A DNA stretch of 64,000 nt from Pirellulales bacterium (GCA_028066355.1 JALCBP010000003.1:1751-65750), one strand, 5' to 3'. Positions 28,101-36,632 are shown, counted from the first letter of the stretch. Notes: a model not told the origin generated them from the sequence alone. Numbers and translations: made by a program.

Positions 28101-29383
28101 ATTCAAATGTCGAAGCATGGGCAGATTATTTTATCCGTGCACGTGCGATTCGGCCGGATGCGAGACTATTAATCAATGATTACAACATTCTGAATTCAGC
28201 AAGCGATGTAGCGACAGTCGAATATCGTGATTTAATTAACAGTTTACTTGCTGCTGGTGCCCCGATTGATCGCATTGGTCTGCAGGCGCATATTGCGCTG
28301 AATACTATTACGAAAGCAGACATTGTTAGGCGGCTTGATATTCTTGCGGAGACTGGGCTGACGATTGAAATCACCGAGTTTGATTCTCGTGATGACGCCG
28401 GCCAATTGACACCAGCACAGCAGCAACAAATTTTTCAGGACATGCTTGAGGCGGCCTTTGAACATGAATCAGTTGATGGATTTATTATGTGGGGATTTTG
28501 GGACACTGGCCACTGGAGAGGGAATGCACCGCTGTTTGACGCAGACTGGAACACAAAGACAGAAGCTGCTCCCTGGTTTAATTTAGTGCATGGGGACTGG
28601 AAGCCAAATCTTGTCGGTCAAACAGTGAATGCAAATGGTGAATGGATTGCCCCCGAAGGATTATTTGACGGTAGTTATGACATTTCAGCGCGACTTAACG
28701 GTCGATCGACAACGCTGGTAGATGTTGAAGTCAATGAATCAGGTGCTCATATTATCACGATTGAAATAATGGTTTTTGATACTATCGCTGATGACTCTGG
28801 AGTCATTTTGGCTAAGGACAATGCTGACAATCTATATGTCGATACTCAGCCAGTGATCTATCAAGGACAACCGGTTCCACAGTCATTCTTCGGACATACT
28901 GTTGTTGGTATAGATGCAAGTCATTCAGAGAATGCCTTACTGCTACAGTCTTTAATGGCAGAGGGCAGCCAGCCAACGCATCGCTTGCTGACTGATGAAA
29001 CATGGGGAATTAATGGTATATTTCACTCACTTCAGAATGCATCGTCTCCAGTGCTGGATCTATCTGGCTTAGAGTTTTCCGGCAGACTGAATATTGCTGC
29101 TATTGCCGGTGCATATGAGATTCACGGTATAAGTAACCCAACACTTATTGTTCGTCGTGGTCAGACCTATACATTCAATCTGAATACACCAAACCATCCG
29201 TTCTATCTTCAGACGACGGGTAATGGCTATCAGTTTACAAATATCTACGGAGTTGGCTTTTCAGGAACTGGCCAAACAAGTGGTGAGTACGAATGGGTGG
29301 TGACACATAACGCACCAGATGAACTCTTCTATCAGTGTAAATTCCATTCAGTCATGTTCGGCAAGATCACCGTGATGGACTAA
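25139..29383 (+). CDS. Giant secreted protein: CBM-like domain + two GH10-like (clan GH-A) catalytic domains + C-terminal cupredoxin-like domain
   Basis: 1414 aa. Both catalytic copies carry GH10-like blocks: F[KR]FGTQ, FNH[VI]VP..[GD]LQW, W[KN][LV]LNEP (acid/base Glu), IN[ED]Y, IG[IL]QAHI, I[ES]I[ST]EFD (nucleophile Glu) and GFIMWG.WD..HW. The C-terminal NHPFY...YQCKFHSVMFGKITV matches a type-1 copper H..C-x2-H-x2-M pattern. The N-terminus is a basic stretch followed by VECLEKRQVLSV. Confidence 0.7.
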   Translation: MIHFQKKRYKKKRSGKTRAQSHVYVECLEKRQVLSVTEVGSLSDDLLVSQAQATSDQIAVTRSVSQLSISQLSSPTRSIPSGGTSLLPDAQPADNFVLGGSASNTAALSVQVNNDQDLPFEKYVRLETSTVPTNVWNINVALNPTGDLVQDDVVFVSFYARGEPALGTETVQANAYLQENGTNNKLATIPISGQAQWQHFSTKIEVGESIASGGYKFVIHAGFAEQVLEIGGLEIQNYGRLGHRLSDYTVTVQDKFGNPLPEATLDVQMTNHGFKFGTQVRDQLYAITEEEFNALNENQRRALTPNLEDNFNIPRFIPTWSDVLNYRNAVLDTFNHVVPTTGLQWVAIENSGTSVPEAAVNRATTDGQSVTAASVVWQKDRWPTPEAYLSASSPNAQAFHDALIDARLGPSSVLQQFSETGSSPAIDDWKLLNEPLHENYYQQVFVDAGIYASEVEALADYFIRADAVRPDATLSINEYAVINSQNDDFAIQYRDLIQSLLAAGAPIDRIGIQAHIARNDITKEDIIRRLDILAETGLPIEISEFDMRDDADTPQLNAIEQERMFRDILEASFAHPSVDGFIMWGVWDKVHWRGNAPLFDSDWNVKPEAAPWFDLVHNQWKPNLINEAVRSNGEWIAPIGLYNGDYQFTAEANGVSSVANVTVSQDGNYVITVDTTASSAIPVVDEVVISETAAMVVGETINITVQVSNFDPAATVTLSGPGTTLNSFNQTSASTLDLSVTLSALASESSQTLIVTNPNELTGQKVFAIGQLSPSDSLAHRKSDVTIRVVDQLGNPLPDATVDVGMTQHAFRFGTQIRGPLLAVTQAEFDGYTDQKKQGLLPNLTSLGQDRYTPTWQDVLNYRSAVINNFNHIVPGNDLQWQAFNANGSANPDAAYALAFANGLTAGAVHVVWEKPDWPTPPEYRAGATFSPQDFHDDLIADRLSSTGIMNFYSDSGPGVTITDWNVLNEPLHVTHHSDTFKTAGIYDSNVEAWADYFIRARAIRPDARLLINDYNILNSASDVATVEYRDLINSLLAAGAPIDRIGLQAHIALNTITKADIVRRLDILAETGLTIEITEFDSRDDAGQLTPAQQQQIFQDMLEAAFEHESVDGFIMWGFWDTGHWRGNAPLFDADWNTKTEAAPWFNLVHGDWKPNLVGQTVNANGEWIAPEGLFDGSYDISARLNGRSTTLVDVEVNESGAHIITIEIMVFDTIADDSGVILAKDNADNLYVDTQPVIYQGQPVPQSFFGHTVVGIDASHSENALLLQSLMAEGSQPTHRLLTDETWGINGIFHSLQNASSPVLDLSGLEFSGRLNIAAIAGAYEIHGISNPTLIVRRGQTYTFNLNTPNHPFYLQTTGNGYQFTNIYGVGFSGTGQTSGEYEWVVTHNAPDELFYQCKFHSVMFGKITVMD
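25871..27160 (+). repeat. Intragenic duplication, copy 1 (GH10-like module plus small beta domain)
   Basis: It is collinear with 27479-28766 at the protein level (LSDYTVTVQDKFGNPLPEATLDVQMTNHGFKFGTQ vs RKSDVTIRVVDQLGNPLPDATVDVGMTQHAFRFGTQ, and so on). Near-identical nucleotide stretches also occur, for example GCTGCTGGTGCCCCGATTGATCGCAT at ~26641 and ~28250. Boundaries are approximate. Confidence 0.8.
27479..28766 (+). repeat. Intragenic duplication, copy 2 (GH10-like module plus small beta domain)
   Basis: See copy 1. The offset is ~1608 nt (536 codons). Boundaries are approximate. Confidence 0.8.
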
Positions 29384-29525
29384 GACAGTACTGAATCACA
29401 ACAGAAATAAATCGTGTGACATCGAAAGAAGCCATTCATCTCAATTGAAATGATTCGATCTCAGCATGCCTATCTGGTGTAGCTTAGAAGGATGATAGGA
29501 CCATGATGCCGCTACTGTTTGAAAT

Positions 29526-30005
29526 TCAAGAATCTATTTTTGATGATGGTTCTTTGATACTTTCTTGAGAATCGACCAGAATTGTAACTGGGCCGTCATT
29601 GATAAGAGCAACCTGCATATCAGCAGCAAATGTTCCGTGAGCTGGTGTGCGTCCAGTGAGATGTTCCATTTCCTGAAGAAACTCTTCATAGCGAGGGATG
29701 GCTTCGTCTGGATTGGCAGCTTGAAAGAAACTTGGACGATTGCCTTTTTGAGTATCTGCGAAAAGCGTGAACTGGCTGACGACAAGTATGTCACCTTGAA
29801 TCTCTTGGATATTTTTATTCATCCGGTCATTTTCGTCAGGGAAAATTCTCATTCGAACTATTTTTCCAGCGAGCCACCGTACATCTGCTGATGTATCACC
29901 TGTTTCGACACCCAAGAAAACAAGCAGTCCTCTGCCAATGGTGGCTGTTTCCTCGTGATCTATCGTGACACATGCTTTTGAGACTCGTTGAATCACTGCT
30001 CGCAT
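29526..30005 (-). CDS. dtd: D-aminoacyl-tRNA deacylase
   Basis: 159 aa. Matching blocks are MRAVIQRVS, GLLVFLGV, VVSQFTL and NDGPVT. Confidence 0.93.
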   Translation of the reverse strand: MRAVIQRVSKACVTIDHEETATIGRGLLVFLGVETGDTSADVRWLAGKIVRMRIFPDENDRMNKNIQEIQGDILVVSQFTLFADTQKGNRPSFFQAANPDEAIPRYEEFLQEMEHLTGRTPAHGTFAADMQVALINDGPVTILVDSQESIKEPSSKIDS

Positions 30006-30093
30006 GGGAAATGTTCCTACTGGTATCCTAATATTCCGTTTTGTTCCTTCAGTATGAACAAAGCAAATAAAATCAATTCATTTTGGAAAAGCT

Positions 30094-30870
30094 GTGTCAG
30101 TCAAGTTATCTCACAATGTTTTCGGGGAAGGCCAGACACTAGTGATCTTACATGGCCTTTTTGGCTCAAAAAGAAATTGGTCATCTATTGCACGGCAGCT
30201 TTCAGACACATTTCGAGTCCTGACAGTCGATCTTCGCAATCATGGTGAAAGCCCATGGAATGATATTCATGATTATCCTTCAATGGCTGAAGATGTGGCT
30301 ACTCTTATCAAGGACGAGTGTTCGGAACCAGTTTGTACCCTTGGTCACAGCATGGGTGGCAAAGTGGCAATGTATCTTTCGCTGGTGTGGCCCAAGCTTG
30401 TAGATCGACTCATTGTTGTTGATATTCCACCAGCACGGTCGTCGGGTACACCGATTGACTATGTCCATGCAATGCAGAATGTGCCACTGGCAACCCTGTC
30501 CCATCGTCGGGACGTTGAGCAGGCTCTCGCGAATATGATTCCAGATCCAAAAGTTCGAGGGTTCTTAGTCACAAACATTATGACTCAGCCAGAGGGACTG
30601 AAATGGATAGCGAATCTAGATGTAATCGAACGATATTTTGACAAGATTCTTGCCTGGCCGGACTCCGTCAATGGTTATCAGTTTTCCCGCCCAACTCTTT
30701 TTCTTGAAGGTGAACACTCTGGCTTTGTTGGGCCCGAGCATGCGGAAGTAATTCACAAATTATTCCCAGTGGCGAATCGTCAGGTTATCGAGAACGCTGG
30801 TCATTGGATCCATGTTGAGAATACAGAGGCTTTTCTGCATGCAGTGCGAGCATTTATGGAATCGTCGTAA
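30094..30870 (+). CDS. Alpha/beta hydrolase (YbfF-like esterase family)
   Basis: GTG start. It has LVILHGLFGSKRNW, the nucleophile elbow GHSMGGKV and a C-terminal GHWIH. Confidence 0.8.
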   Translation: MSVKLSHNVFGEGQTLVILHGLFGSKRNWSSIARQLSDTFRVLTVDLRNHGESPWNDIHDYPSMAEDVATLIKDECSEPVCTLGHSMGGKVAMYLSLVWPKLVDRLIVVDIPPARSSGTPIDYVHAMQNVPLATLSHRRDVEQALANMIPDPKVRGFLVTNIMTQPEGLKWIANLDVIERYFDKILAWPDSVNGYQFSRPTLFLEGEHSGFVGPEHAEVIHKLFPVANRQVIENAGHWIHVENTEAFLHAVRAFMESS

Positions 30871-30880
30871 CCTAGTTGCA

Positions 30881-31516
30881 TTAGAAGGGGCAGGAGGACT
30901 GCCACGACACTATGTTCCCGGTCAGAGGATGTGAAAACTGTATTTCACGAGCATGAAGAAGAAGACGATCTGCGGCTTCGAAGGCAGTGGCATCTGCGTA
31001 TAACGGATCCCCAAGAATAGGATGATCGATCGAAGCAAGATGAAGTCTTATCTGATGAGAACGCCCGGTAAGTGGTTCAATCTGGAGACGAGTAGTATTG
31101 TCATGGTTTTTAAGTACGCTCCACGATGTTTCAGAAGAACGTCCATTTTCGTGATCAATTTTGTAGCGTGGTGGCCGTGTTAGATCTCGTCCGATCGGCA
31201 GTGTTATGCACCCGGAGTGTTGTGCCGGAGTTCCTTGCACAATGCATTCATAGATTTTTCGAACTTTGCGTTCTTCAAACTGAAGACTGATATTTCGCTG
31301 AGACGCTTTATCCAGAGCCATTATCATGAGTCCTGAGGTGTCACGATCCAGACGATGAACAACTCGAGCGGTTGGAAAGCGTGTCTGAATACGGCTGGAT
31401 AAACAGTCCTGTAAATCGGGTCCCCGTCCTGGCACGGAAAGGAGCCCAGAAGGTTTTTCGAGTACCAAAAGATATGCATCGCGGTAGTGAATGAGAAGGT
31501 CGTCATCAGAGTGCAT
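30881..31516 (-). CDS. RluA-family pseudouridine synthase
   Basis: 211 aa. It has the catalytic motif HRLDRDTSGLMIMA plus SHQIRLHL. Confidence 0.88.
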   Translation of the reverse strand: MHSDDDLLIHYRDAYLLVLEKPSGLLSVPGRGPDLQDCLSSRIQTRFPTARVVHRLDRDTSGLMIMALDKASQRNISLQFEERKVRKIYECIVQGTPAQHSGCITLPIGRDLTRPPRYKIDHENGRSSETSWSVLKNHDNTTRLQIEPLTGRSHQIRLHLASIDHPILGDPLYADATAFEAADRLLLHAREIQFSHPLTGNIVSWQSSCPF

Positions 31517-31582
31517 GAATTGGACCTATGGACGGTGAAAAACGTAGGGTGGTGAATGCTCTATCCATTCCTTGGATGTGAT

Positions 31583-32659
31583 TTAATACCAGACACCCAA
31601 CCGCACGAGAAATGTGTCACTGGGATGATAGTCAGCTGTATCAGTCACATAATATTCTACGAGTCGCCCAGTTACCCAGCCTGTTTCCAGACGCCAACTG
31701 ATCCCAAGATCTGCAGGTCTCCGCTCCCATCCGGCCAGCAAACGATAATCGTGATAGACAACAATGTCGTCAGCACCAGAGTCGCGACGCACAGCCCACT
31801 GATTTCCCCCAAATTCACCAGCAAGATAAACCCACTGAGCAGCTTTTGAAGTTTCTTTGATTCGCCAGGCGAGACGAGGTCGTGGAAAGATCAACTCAAA
31901 GCGTCGATCATCACTCGGAGTCCAGAGAAGTCCGCCAGCGGGCAGAAGATTGACATCATAACGATCAAGGTAGATGACCCCAGCAACAACACGGAGATCT
32001 TCGTGAGCCTCCCAGGCACCAAATCCGTGGCCTGTGACCCGGAATGCCTGTGCACTGTCATTTACAAAGTCGCTGTACCAGCCTGGTGCAACTGCAAGAT
32101 CGACACCCAAACGTTCACCAATTTTTCGCATCCAACGGGCCTGAATCCATGACTCATAAAGTGTCGCGGGAAGACCAGGATCCATCGGGCCACTTGCCTC
32201 ATCTATAAAGGTCCATCCAAAACCGGGAGTGACGAGGAGTGGTGAATCAACGGTCGGTGCAGGCATACCAAGGGTCAGGCTCGTTTCGAGTGTAGCAAGC
32301 CCAAGCCCGTTGCTACCCAGACGAGGTAATTCGGTAGTCGTGAGAATGAGTTGCTGGAGAGCCCCAGGCTTTGCACCAGGAGGAAGTTTTCGACCAGGTG
32401 GATTATTTTCTTGGCGTGGTTGGCCTGGCGGAGCGACATCGTCTGGTAGCAGTGGCTCAGTTAGGTCTTGAGGATCACCGAGTGCAGCCAAGCGAATCTT
32501 CTCAAAGAAATTGGTGTCAATCGACTCCACTGGCGGTAGCGGGATAATCGCATTGTCGGAAGCAGACACATCAAGTGTCTGAAGGGCAAGGCATAGCAAG
32601 AGAATGAGCTGCGATATGTTTCTACGCTTTTGAGAAGCCATATTCTTCTCCGCGAGCAT
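31583..32659 (-). CDS. Putative outer-membrane beta-barrel protein (paralog of 32659-34158)
   Basis: It has a signal peptide (LILLLCLALQTLDVSA) and a C-terminal aromatic residue (..RLGVWY). It shares blocks with the upstream gene: TPGFG, GVIYLDR...LPA.G..WTP, FP.PR..WR, W.Y.AGE.GG. The family was not identified. Confidence 0.5.
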   Translation of the reverse strand: MLAEKNMASQKRRNISQLILLLCLALQTLDVSASDNAIIPLPPVESIDTNFFEKIRLAALGDPQDLTEPLLPDDVAPPGQPRQENNPPGRKLPPGAKPGALQQLILTTTELPRLGSNGLGLATLETSLTLGMPAPTVDSPLLVTPGFGWTFIDEASGPMDPGLPATLYESWIQARWMRKIGERLGVDLAVAPGWYSDFVNDSAQAFRVTGHGFGAWEAHEDLRVVAGVIYLDRYDVNLLPAGGLLWTPSDDRRFELIFPRPRLAWRIKETSKAAQWVYLAGEFGGNQWAVRRDSGADDIVVYHDYRLLAGWERRPADLGISWRLETGWVTGRLVEYYVTDTADYHPSDTFLVRLGVWY

Positions 32660-34158
32660 TAGTAGGCAAGGCCTAACCGAAACATAATGGTGCTTGGCAG
32701 ATCAACAATTTGCTGTATGCCGTTGGCAGGATCTCCGACGCCATTGACGTAAAAAAGTTGGCGGTAGAAAGCATATCCGATTTCAAAGTTGCCGGAGAAG
32801 CCAGTTGTGGCGAGAGGCAACCACTCTGTCCCAAGAGAAATTCGTATATCGTTGTAGTCAAATCTCTGGATAAACCCTTCTCCGCCGTTGTAGTTAACAT
32901 TTCGAAATGTCCAAGCACCACCACCATATTCGCCAGCAACATAGCCCCACCAAGCATGTCGCCGTGTCTGTCCGAATCGCCACATAGCTCGCGGCGCTGG
33001 AAAGAACACGTCATACCGCGATGTTGCGTTTGGTGTCCATGTAAATCCAACAGCGGGTAATATCTTTACCTGGTTTCGATCGAGGTAGATGACACCCAGT
33101 TTGCCCTGAAATGTTGGAGTCATATTTAACGTACCGATTGCTCGTCCCATGACGCGCCAGCTGTCCATGACGAAAACATTCCAGTTTGTGTAGAAGCCAA
33201 CACGGATTCCCAACTCAGCGCCAAATAGTGGTGTGAACTGAGGATTCCACGCAGTATCCAAAAAGTTATCGTAGGTATTTCCTGGAAGTTGGGGTACTAG
33301 AGGTCGTGGCAGTAAAAGTGGATTGAATGCACTCTGAGGACCACCCCACAACTGTAAACCAAAGCCTGGAGTAATCAGCAGAGGAGCCTGATTAATATTC
33401 GCTGGTGAATTCATGAAAAACGGGAGTGCAAACGTTGCCGTTGTATCGAGTTCATTTACAGCGACAGAATTTCCCCGACCAGTTCCTAGAACATAGGTCC
33501 AACTTCCCCGTACTCCCTGATATGCTCGCAAGGATTGTTGGTATGTTTGCTGAAACCATTGACTCTGTTGCGTTGGCGGTTGGGGATAACCAACAGGCAA
33601 TGGTTGCGAAGGATTACTTGGGACGATAGGTGGTGGTGCTGTCGAATAGCCCGGGTAACCAGGCTGTCCATTTACAGCTGACGTGGCCCATGTTGGTGGC
33701 GGATTTGTTCCCGGGTTGGTTGCAGGTACAGGATAGATTTGGCTCGCCTGTGGCCCGTACGGATCCCACGCGGGGGGTGGAGGGGAGAGTGGATAGCCAT
33801 ACGGTGATGCCTGTGCAATCCTGTCGAGAGAGGAAGCAGCAGGTGGAGGCAGCTGTACAGTCTGCGCAGCAATGTTGTTATCTGCCGTGAATGCAGATAT
33901 TCCTATGATCAAGACAATGAGTGAAAAAGTCTGTACTCGCACGCGGTCGACGACCCACGCAGTGGGAGGTTGGCTGTGGTCATCCGGATAGCCCCGAATG
34001 CTGACCCCAACTCTCCGTGGGGGGTACCGCGCAAGAGCTATACGGGTCAACATCGCCGCCCTTGCATCACGTTTACTGCTCTCTTCTATGGTCTTTAGTT
34101 CACGTAGACTTCCCTCTTTGACAGACTTTTTGTCTGATAAAGCTGGGTGATAGACCAT
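32659..34158 (-). CDS. Putative outer-membrane beta-barrel protein with Pro/Gln-rich linker (paralog of 31583-32659)
   Basis: A hydrophobic leader (FSLIVLIIGISAFTA) is followed by a ~110-aa Pro-rich low-complexity region. A C-terminal domain homologous to the downstream gene follows, ending ..FRLGLAY. The start is uncertain, with an alternative ATG at 34053. The stop overlaps the next start as TAATG. Confidence 0.5.
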   Translation of the reverse strand: MVYHPALSDKKSVKEGSLRELKTIEESSKRDARAAMLTRIALARYPPRRVGVSIRGYPDDHSQPPTAWVVDRVRVQTFSLIVLIIGISAFTADNNIAAQTVQLPPPAASSLDRIAQASPYGYPLSPPPPAWDPYGPQASQIYPVPATNPGTNPPPTWATSAVNGQPGYPGYSTAPPPIVPSNPSQPLPVGYPQPPTQQSQWFQQTYQQSLRAYQGVRGSWTYVLGTGRGNSVAVNELDTTATFALPFFMNSPANINQAPLLITPGFGLQLWGGPQSAFNPLLLPRPLVPQLPGNTYDNFLDTAWNPQFTPLFGAELGIRVGFYTNWNVFVMDSWRVMGRAIGTLNMTPTFQGKLGVIYLDRNQVKILPAVGFTWTPNATSRYDVFFPAPRAMWRFGQTRRHAWWGYVAGEYGGGAWTFRNVNYNGGEGFIQRFDYNDIRISLGTEWLPLATTGFSGNFEIGYAFYRQLFYVNGVGDPANGIQQIVDLPSTIMFRLGLAY

Positions 34159-34261
34159 CCTCAGTGGTCTCTTGTGCGAGATATGGTTTCTCTCATTTTT
34201 TGCAGATGCACGTCGGTATCGATCTGTGCTCGTGTGAAGACTGATCTAAGGGCAGGTTCGG

Positions 34262-35110
34262 ATGACGAAAATTGGAGACACGGAACACCTGAAACAGGTG
34301 ACAAAACTCGGGACCATTGAGTGCCATTCAGAGCTTGAGTCGACAATGGATCGAGCGAAAGAAATCGCTGTCGATACATCCGTACCTCTCCCTGCTTTGA
34401 TTACAGCAATTCATCAAAAAAGTGGCCGGGGTCGTCGTGGTGCAGGCTGGTGGCAGCCAGTAGGTAGCTTGGCGATGACACTCATTATGGAAATACCCTC
34501 AAAGGAAAATATTCCGGTAAGTGTCCTGCCAATTTGGTCGCTCGCATGCGGACTTGCTGTCGCAGAGTCTCTTCATCAACTCAATCCAAAACTGAAACCC
34601 CATGTGCGTTGGCCGAACGATATAGAAATCAGTGGTCGGAAGATAGGAGGCCTTCTACTCGAAGCAACAACAACTCAAAGGCTACTCATTGGTGTTGGGA
34701 TCAATACAAATGGCTCAAAGGAGGATGCACCAAAGCAACTCAAAGAACGACTTATCACAATCCCGGATATCTTGGGTAACACTATTTCACATGATGATCT
34801 TCTAGCAATTCTTGTTCCTCAGATTTTGAATACTGTTTTTGATACGTTCAATCCTGAAAAACGGTTGTCGATTTTGAAGAGGTATCAGTCCCGTTGCAGC
34901 CTGACTCATATGTCAATCAAGCTCTTTGATGTTCTATATGAGTCTGAAACAGATGGAATTTCGTCAAAGTCTCTTAACCGCGCGACTACACTGACCGGTA
35001 TTTGTAAAGGTATTGATGCGGCCGGTCGTCTCCTTGTTGAGACACCACAGCAAACATGTGCGGTATTGGCAGGAAGTCTGACTGATCCCTCAGCAATCTG
35101 GAAACGATGA
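34262..35110 (+). CDS. birA: Biotin--[acetyl-CoA-carboxylase] ligase, group I (no N-terminal HTH)
   Basis: It has QKSGRGRRGAGWW (the GRGRRGR.W motif), WPNDIEISGRKIGGLLLE and IGVGINTN. At 282 aa with the catalytic core starting near residue 15, there is no DNA-binding domain. Confidence 0.85.
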   Translation: MTKIGDTEHLKQVTKLGTIECHSELESTMDRAKEIAVDTSVPLPALITAIHQKSGRGRRGAGWWQPVGSLAMTLIMEIPSKENIPVSVLPIWSLACGLAVAESLHQLNPKLKPHVRWPNDIEISGRKIGGLLLEATTTQRLLIGVGINTNGSKEDAPKQLKERLITIPDILGNTISHDDLLAILVPQILNTVFDTFNPEKRLSILKRYQSRCSLTHMSIKLFDVLYESETDGISSKSLNRATTLTGICKGIDAAGRLLVETPQQTCAVLAGSLTDPSAIWKR

Positions 35111-35138
35111 GTCACAGTGTTTGCTGCAAACAAATCCC

Positions 35139-36218
35139 TCAATTTCGGGAAGAGTTCTTTTGAGCCACAAGACAGATTTCCTGTCCACCCGTTGATAACT
35201 GTTGTACGCGGGCTTGATACCCCCAAGATGCACATGATGCGCACCACTGATCGAGTTTATCAGCATGTGCTATCTCAGAGAGTTTGAGCGTTGCGATAAT
35301 TCCACGTGGTTTCTGAGGCCGAGATGAAAGAATTCTTTCTAGAGAGGCTATCGTATTGGCTGGGTCGATGTTCATATCAGTGAGAATCCAATCGAAATCA
35401 GCAAACTCTCTGATTCGGATATCCCTGGCACGTTTTTTCCAATGCGTGAAGTGCTCATGTTTAACCAGTTGGGGATTCATGGTGGCAGGATCGACACCGA
35501 CGACTGTGAGATTTGCCTCCAGAAGGCGTTGACAGGCTCCACCTGGAGCCGCCCCCAGCTCACAGACCCGTTCTCCGGAATGAAATTGAATACCAAAACG
35601 AGCGATCGCTTCGTCGAGTTTGAGCCACGCCCGTGAGATGCCGTGATCAGGCATTAGTCCTGGGTAATATCCTCCAGACCATTGACATGTCGGCCCACTT
35701 CCAATGTGCCAGCCAAACCACCAACGATCAACAGAGTCAACAACACAGTTCAGAATAAGATTCTGTTCCGACGTGACAGAATTTCTCTGAAAGGAATAAA
35801 GCGAAGCAAGCTTGCACTGAATTGAGGCAGTGTCAACCTGAAGACGGGGATCACGTTTCCATACATGGACCGCGTTTACTTTTAGCGTGCCGAGCAATTG
35901 CTGAGTTGTAGCAATTCTCTCATCCTCATCTTGTCCTGTAACCTGTCCTAATGAACGAATGCCAATGCGAGCGAAAACAAGTTGTTCAAGAACCTTTTCA
36001 GGCACTCCGAAGTGACACCACTCTGGTTTTGACACGATATGGGACGGAATTCGAAAAGTTACCAGACCTTTTCGCCAGTACAGCTTTTGGAATGTAGGAA
36101 AAGTAAGCCGTTGTCGATGTTCTAAAGCGGACTCACTGCCATGCTTGCATCCAATCAGCAAGTACTCACTCTGTTGAAGAGGCGATGACATGTAGGCTTC
36201 GGATATTTGGCCGTTCAT
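35139..36218 (-). CDS. RlmM/FtsJ-like SAM-dependent rRNA 2'-O-methyltransferase candidate
   Basis: 359 aa. CELGAAPGGACQRLLE (SAM motif I) and WILTDMNIDP resemble E. coli RlmM (DLGACPGGW ... MVCDMVEKP). An N-terminal THUMP-like region of similar length is present. Confidence 0.55.
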   Translation of the reverse strand: MNGQISEAYMSSPLQQSEYLLIGCKHGSESALEHRQRLTFPTFQKLYWRKGLVTFRIPSHIVSKPEWCHFGVPEKVLEQLVFARIGIRSLGQVTGQDEDERIATTQQLLGTLKVNAVHVWKRDPRLQVDTASIQCKLASLYSFQRNSVTSEQNLILNCVVDSVDRWWFGWHIGSGPTCQWSGGYYPGLMPDHGISRAWLKLDEAIARFGIQFHSGERVCELGAAPGGACQRLLEANLTVVGVDPATMNPQLVKHEHFTHWKKRARDIRIREFADFDWILTDMNIDPANTIASLERILSSRPQKPRGIIATLKLSEIAHADKLDQWCASCASWGYQARVQQLSTGGQEICLVAQKNSSRN

Positions 36219-36281
36219 AGATATGTATCAAACCGGAGATATGTGCCAAACCGGGCTGACCAGAAGCCTACCTATAAAATG

Positions 36282-36317
36282 AGGCCGGCCCGGGCGCCCA
36301 AGAGCCCGGGCCGGCCT
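36282..36317 (-). terminator. Rho-independent-type terminator hairpin downstream of the H1-like gene
   Basis: A perfect 13-bp GC-rich stem pairs AGGCCGGCCCGGG (36282-36294) with CCCGGGCCGGCCT (36305-36317), with a 10-nt loop. On the minus strand it is followed by CATTTTAT. Confidence 0.7.
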
Positions 36318-36428
36318 TTCTCGTCAGAACAACGGCATGTTCACCATCGTCCGATCACCCTGCCAGAATGAACCATTCTCACATTGGAGCGTTCGATGGA
36401 GACCGCCTTCAGTCACGTCAAAGACGGA

Positions 36429-36632
36429 TTAGGCGTGGCCCTTTTTCTTGGCAGCCTTCTTCTTCTTGGCGACTTTCTTCTTCTTAGCCACCTTCTTCTT
36501 GGCAGCCTTCTTCTTGGCTACCTTCTTCTTGGCGACTTTCTTCTTCTTCTTAGCTACCTTTTTCTTAGCAGCCTTTTTCTTAGCTACCTTTTTCTTAGTA
36601 GCTTTCTTCTTAGTAGCCTTCTTCTTGGCCAT
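36429..36632 (-). CDS. Lysine/alanine-rich histone H1/Hc1-like basic protein
   Basis: The 67-aa product is MAKKKATKKKATKKKVAKKKAAKKKVAKKKKKVAKKKVAKKKAAKKKVAKKKKVAKKKKAAKKKGHA. The ATG at 36632 is preceded by AAGGAG 7 nt upstream, and the ORF-track start at 36656 is less likely. The DNA is an imperfect short tandem repeat. Confidence 0.75.
   Translation of the reverse strand: MAKKKATKKKATKKKVAKKKAAKKKVAKKKKKVAKKKVAKKKAAKKKVAKKKKVAKKKKAAKKKGHA

Noticed and set aside
36440-36625. Short-period tandem repeats that could be mistaken for a CRISPR-like or satellite array
   Set aside because: The period is only ~12-15 nt, there are no unique spacers, and the repeats lie entirely within a coding low-complexity (KKKxA) gene.
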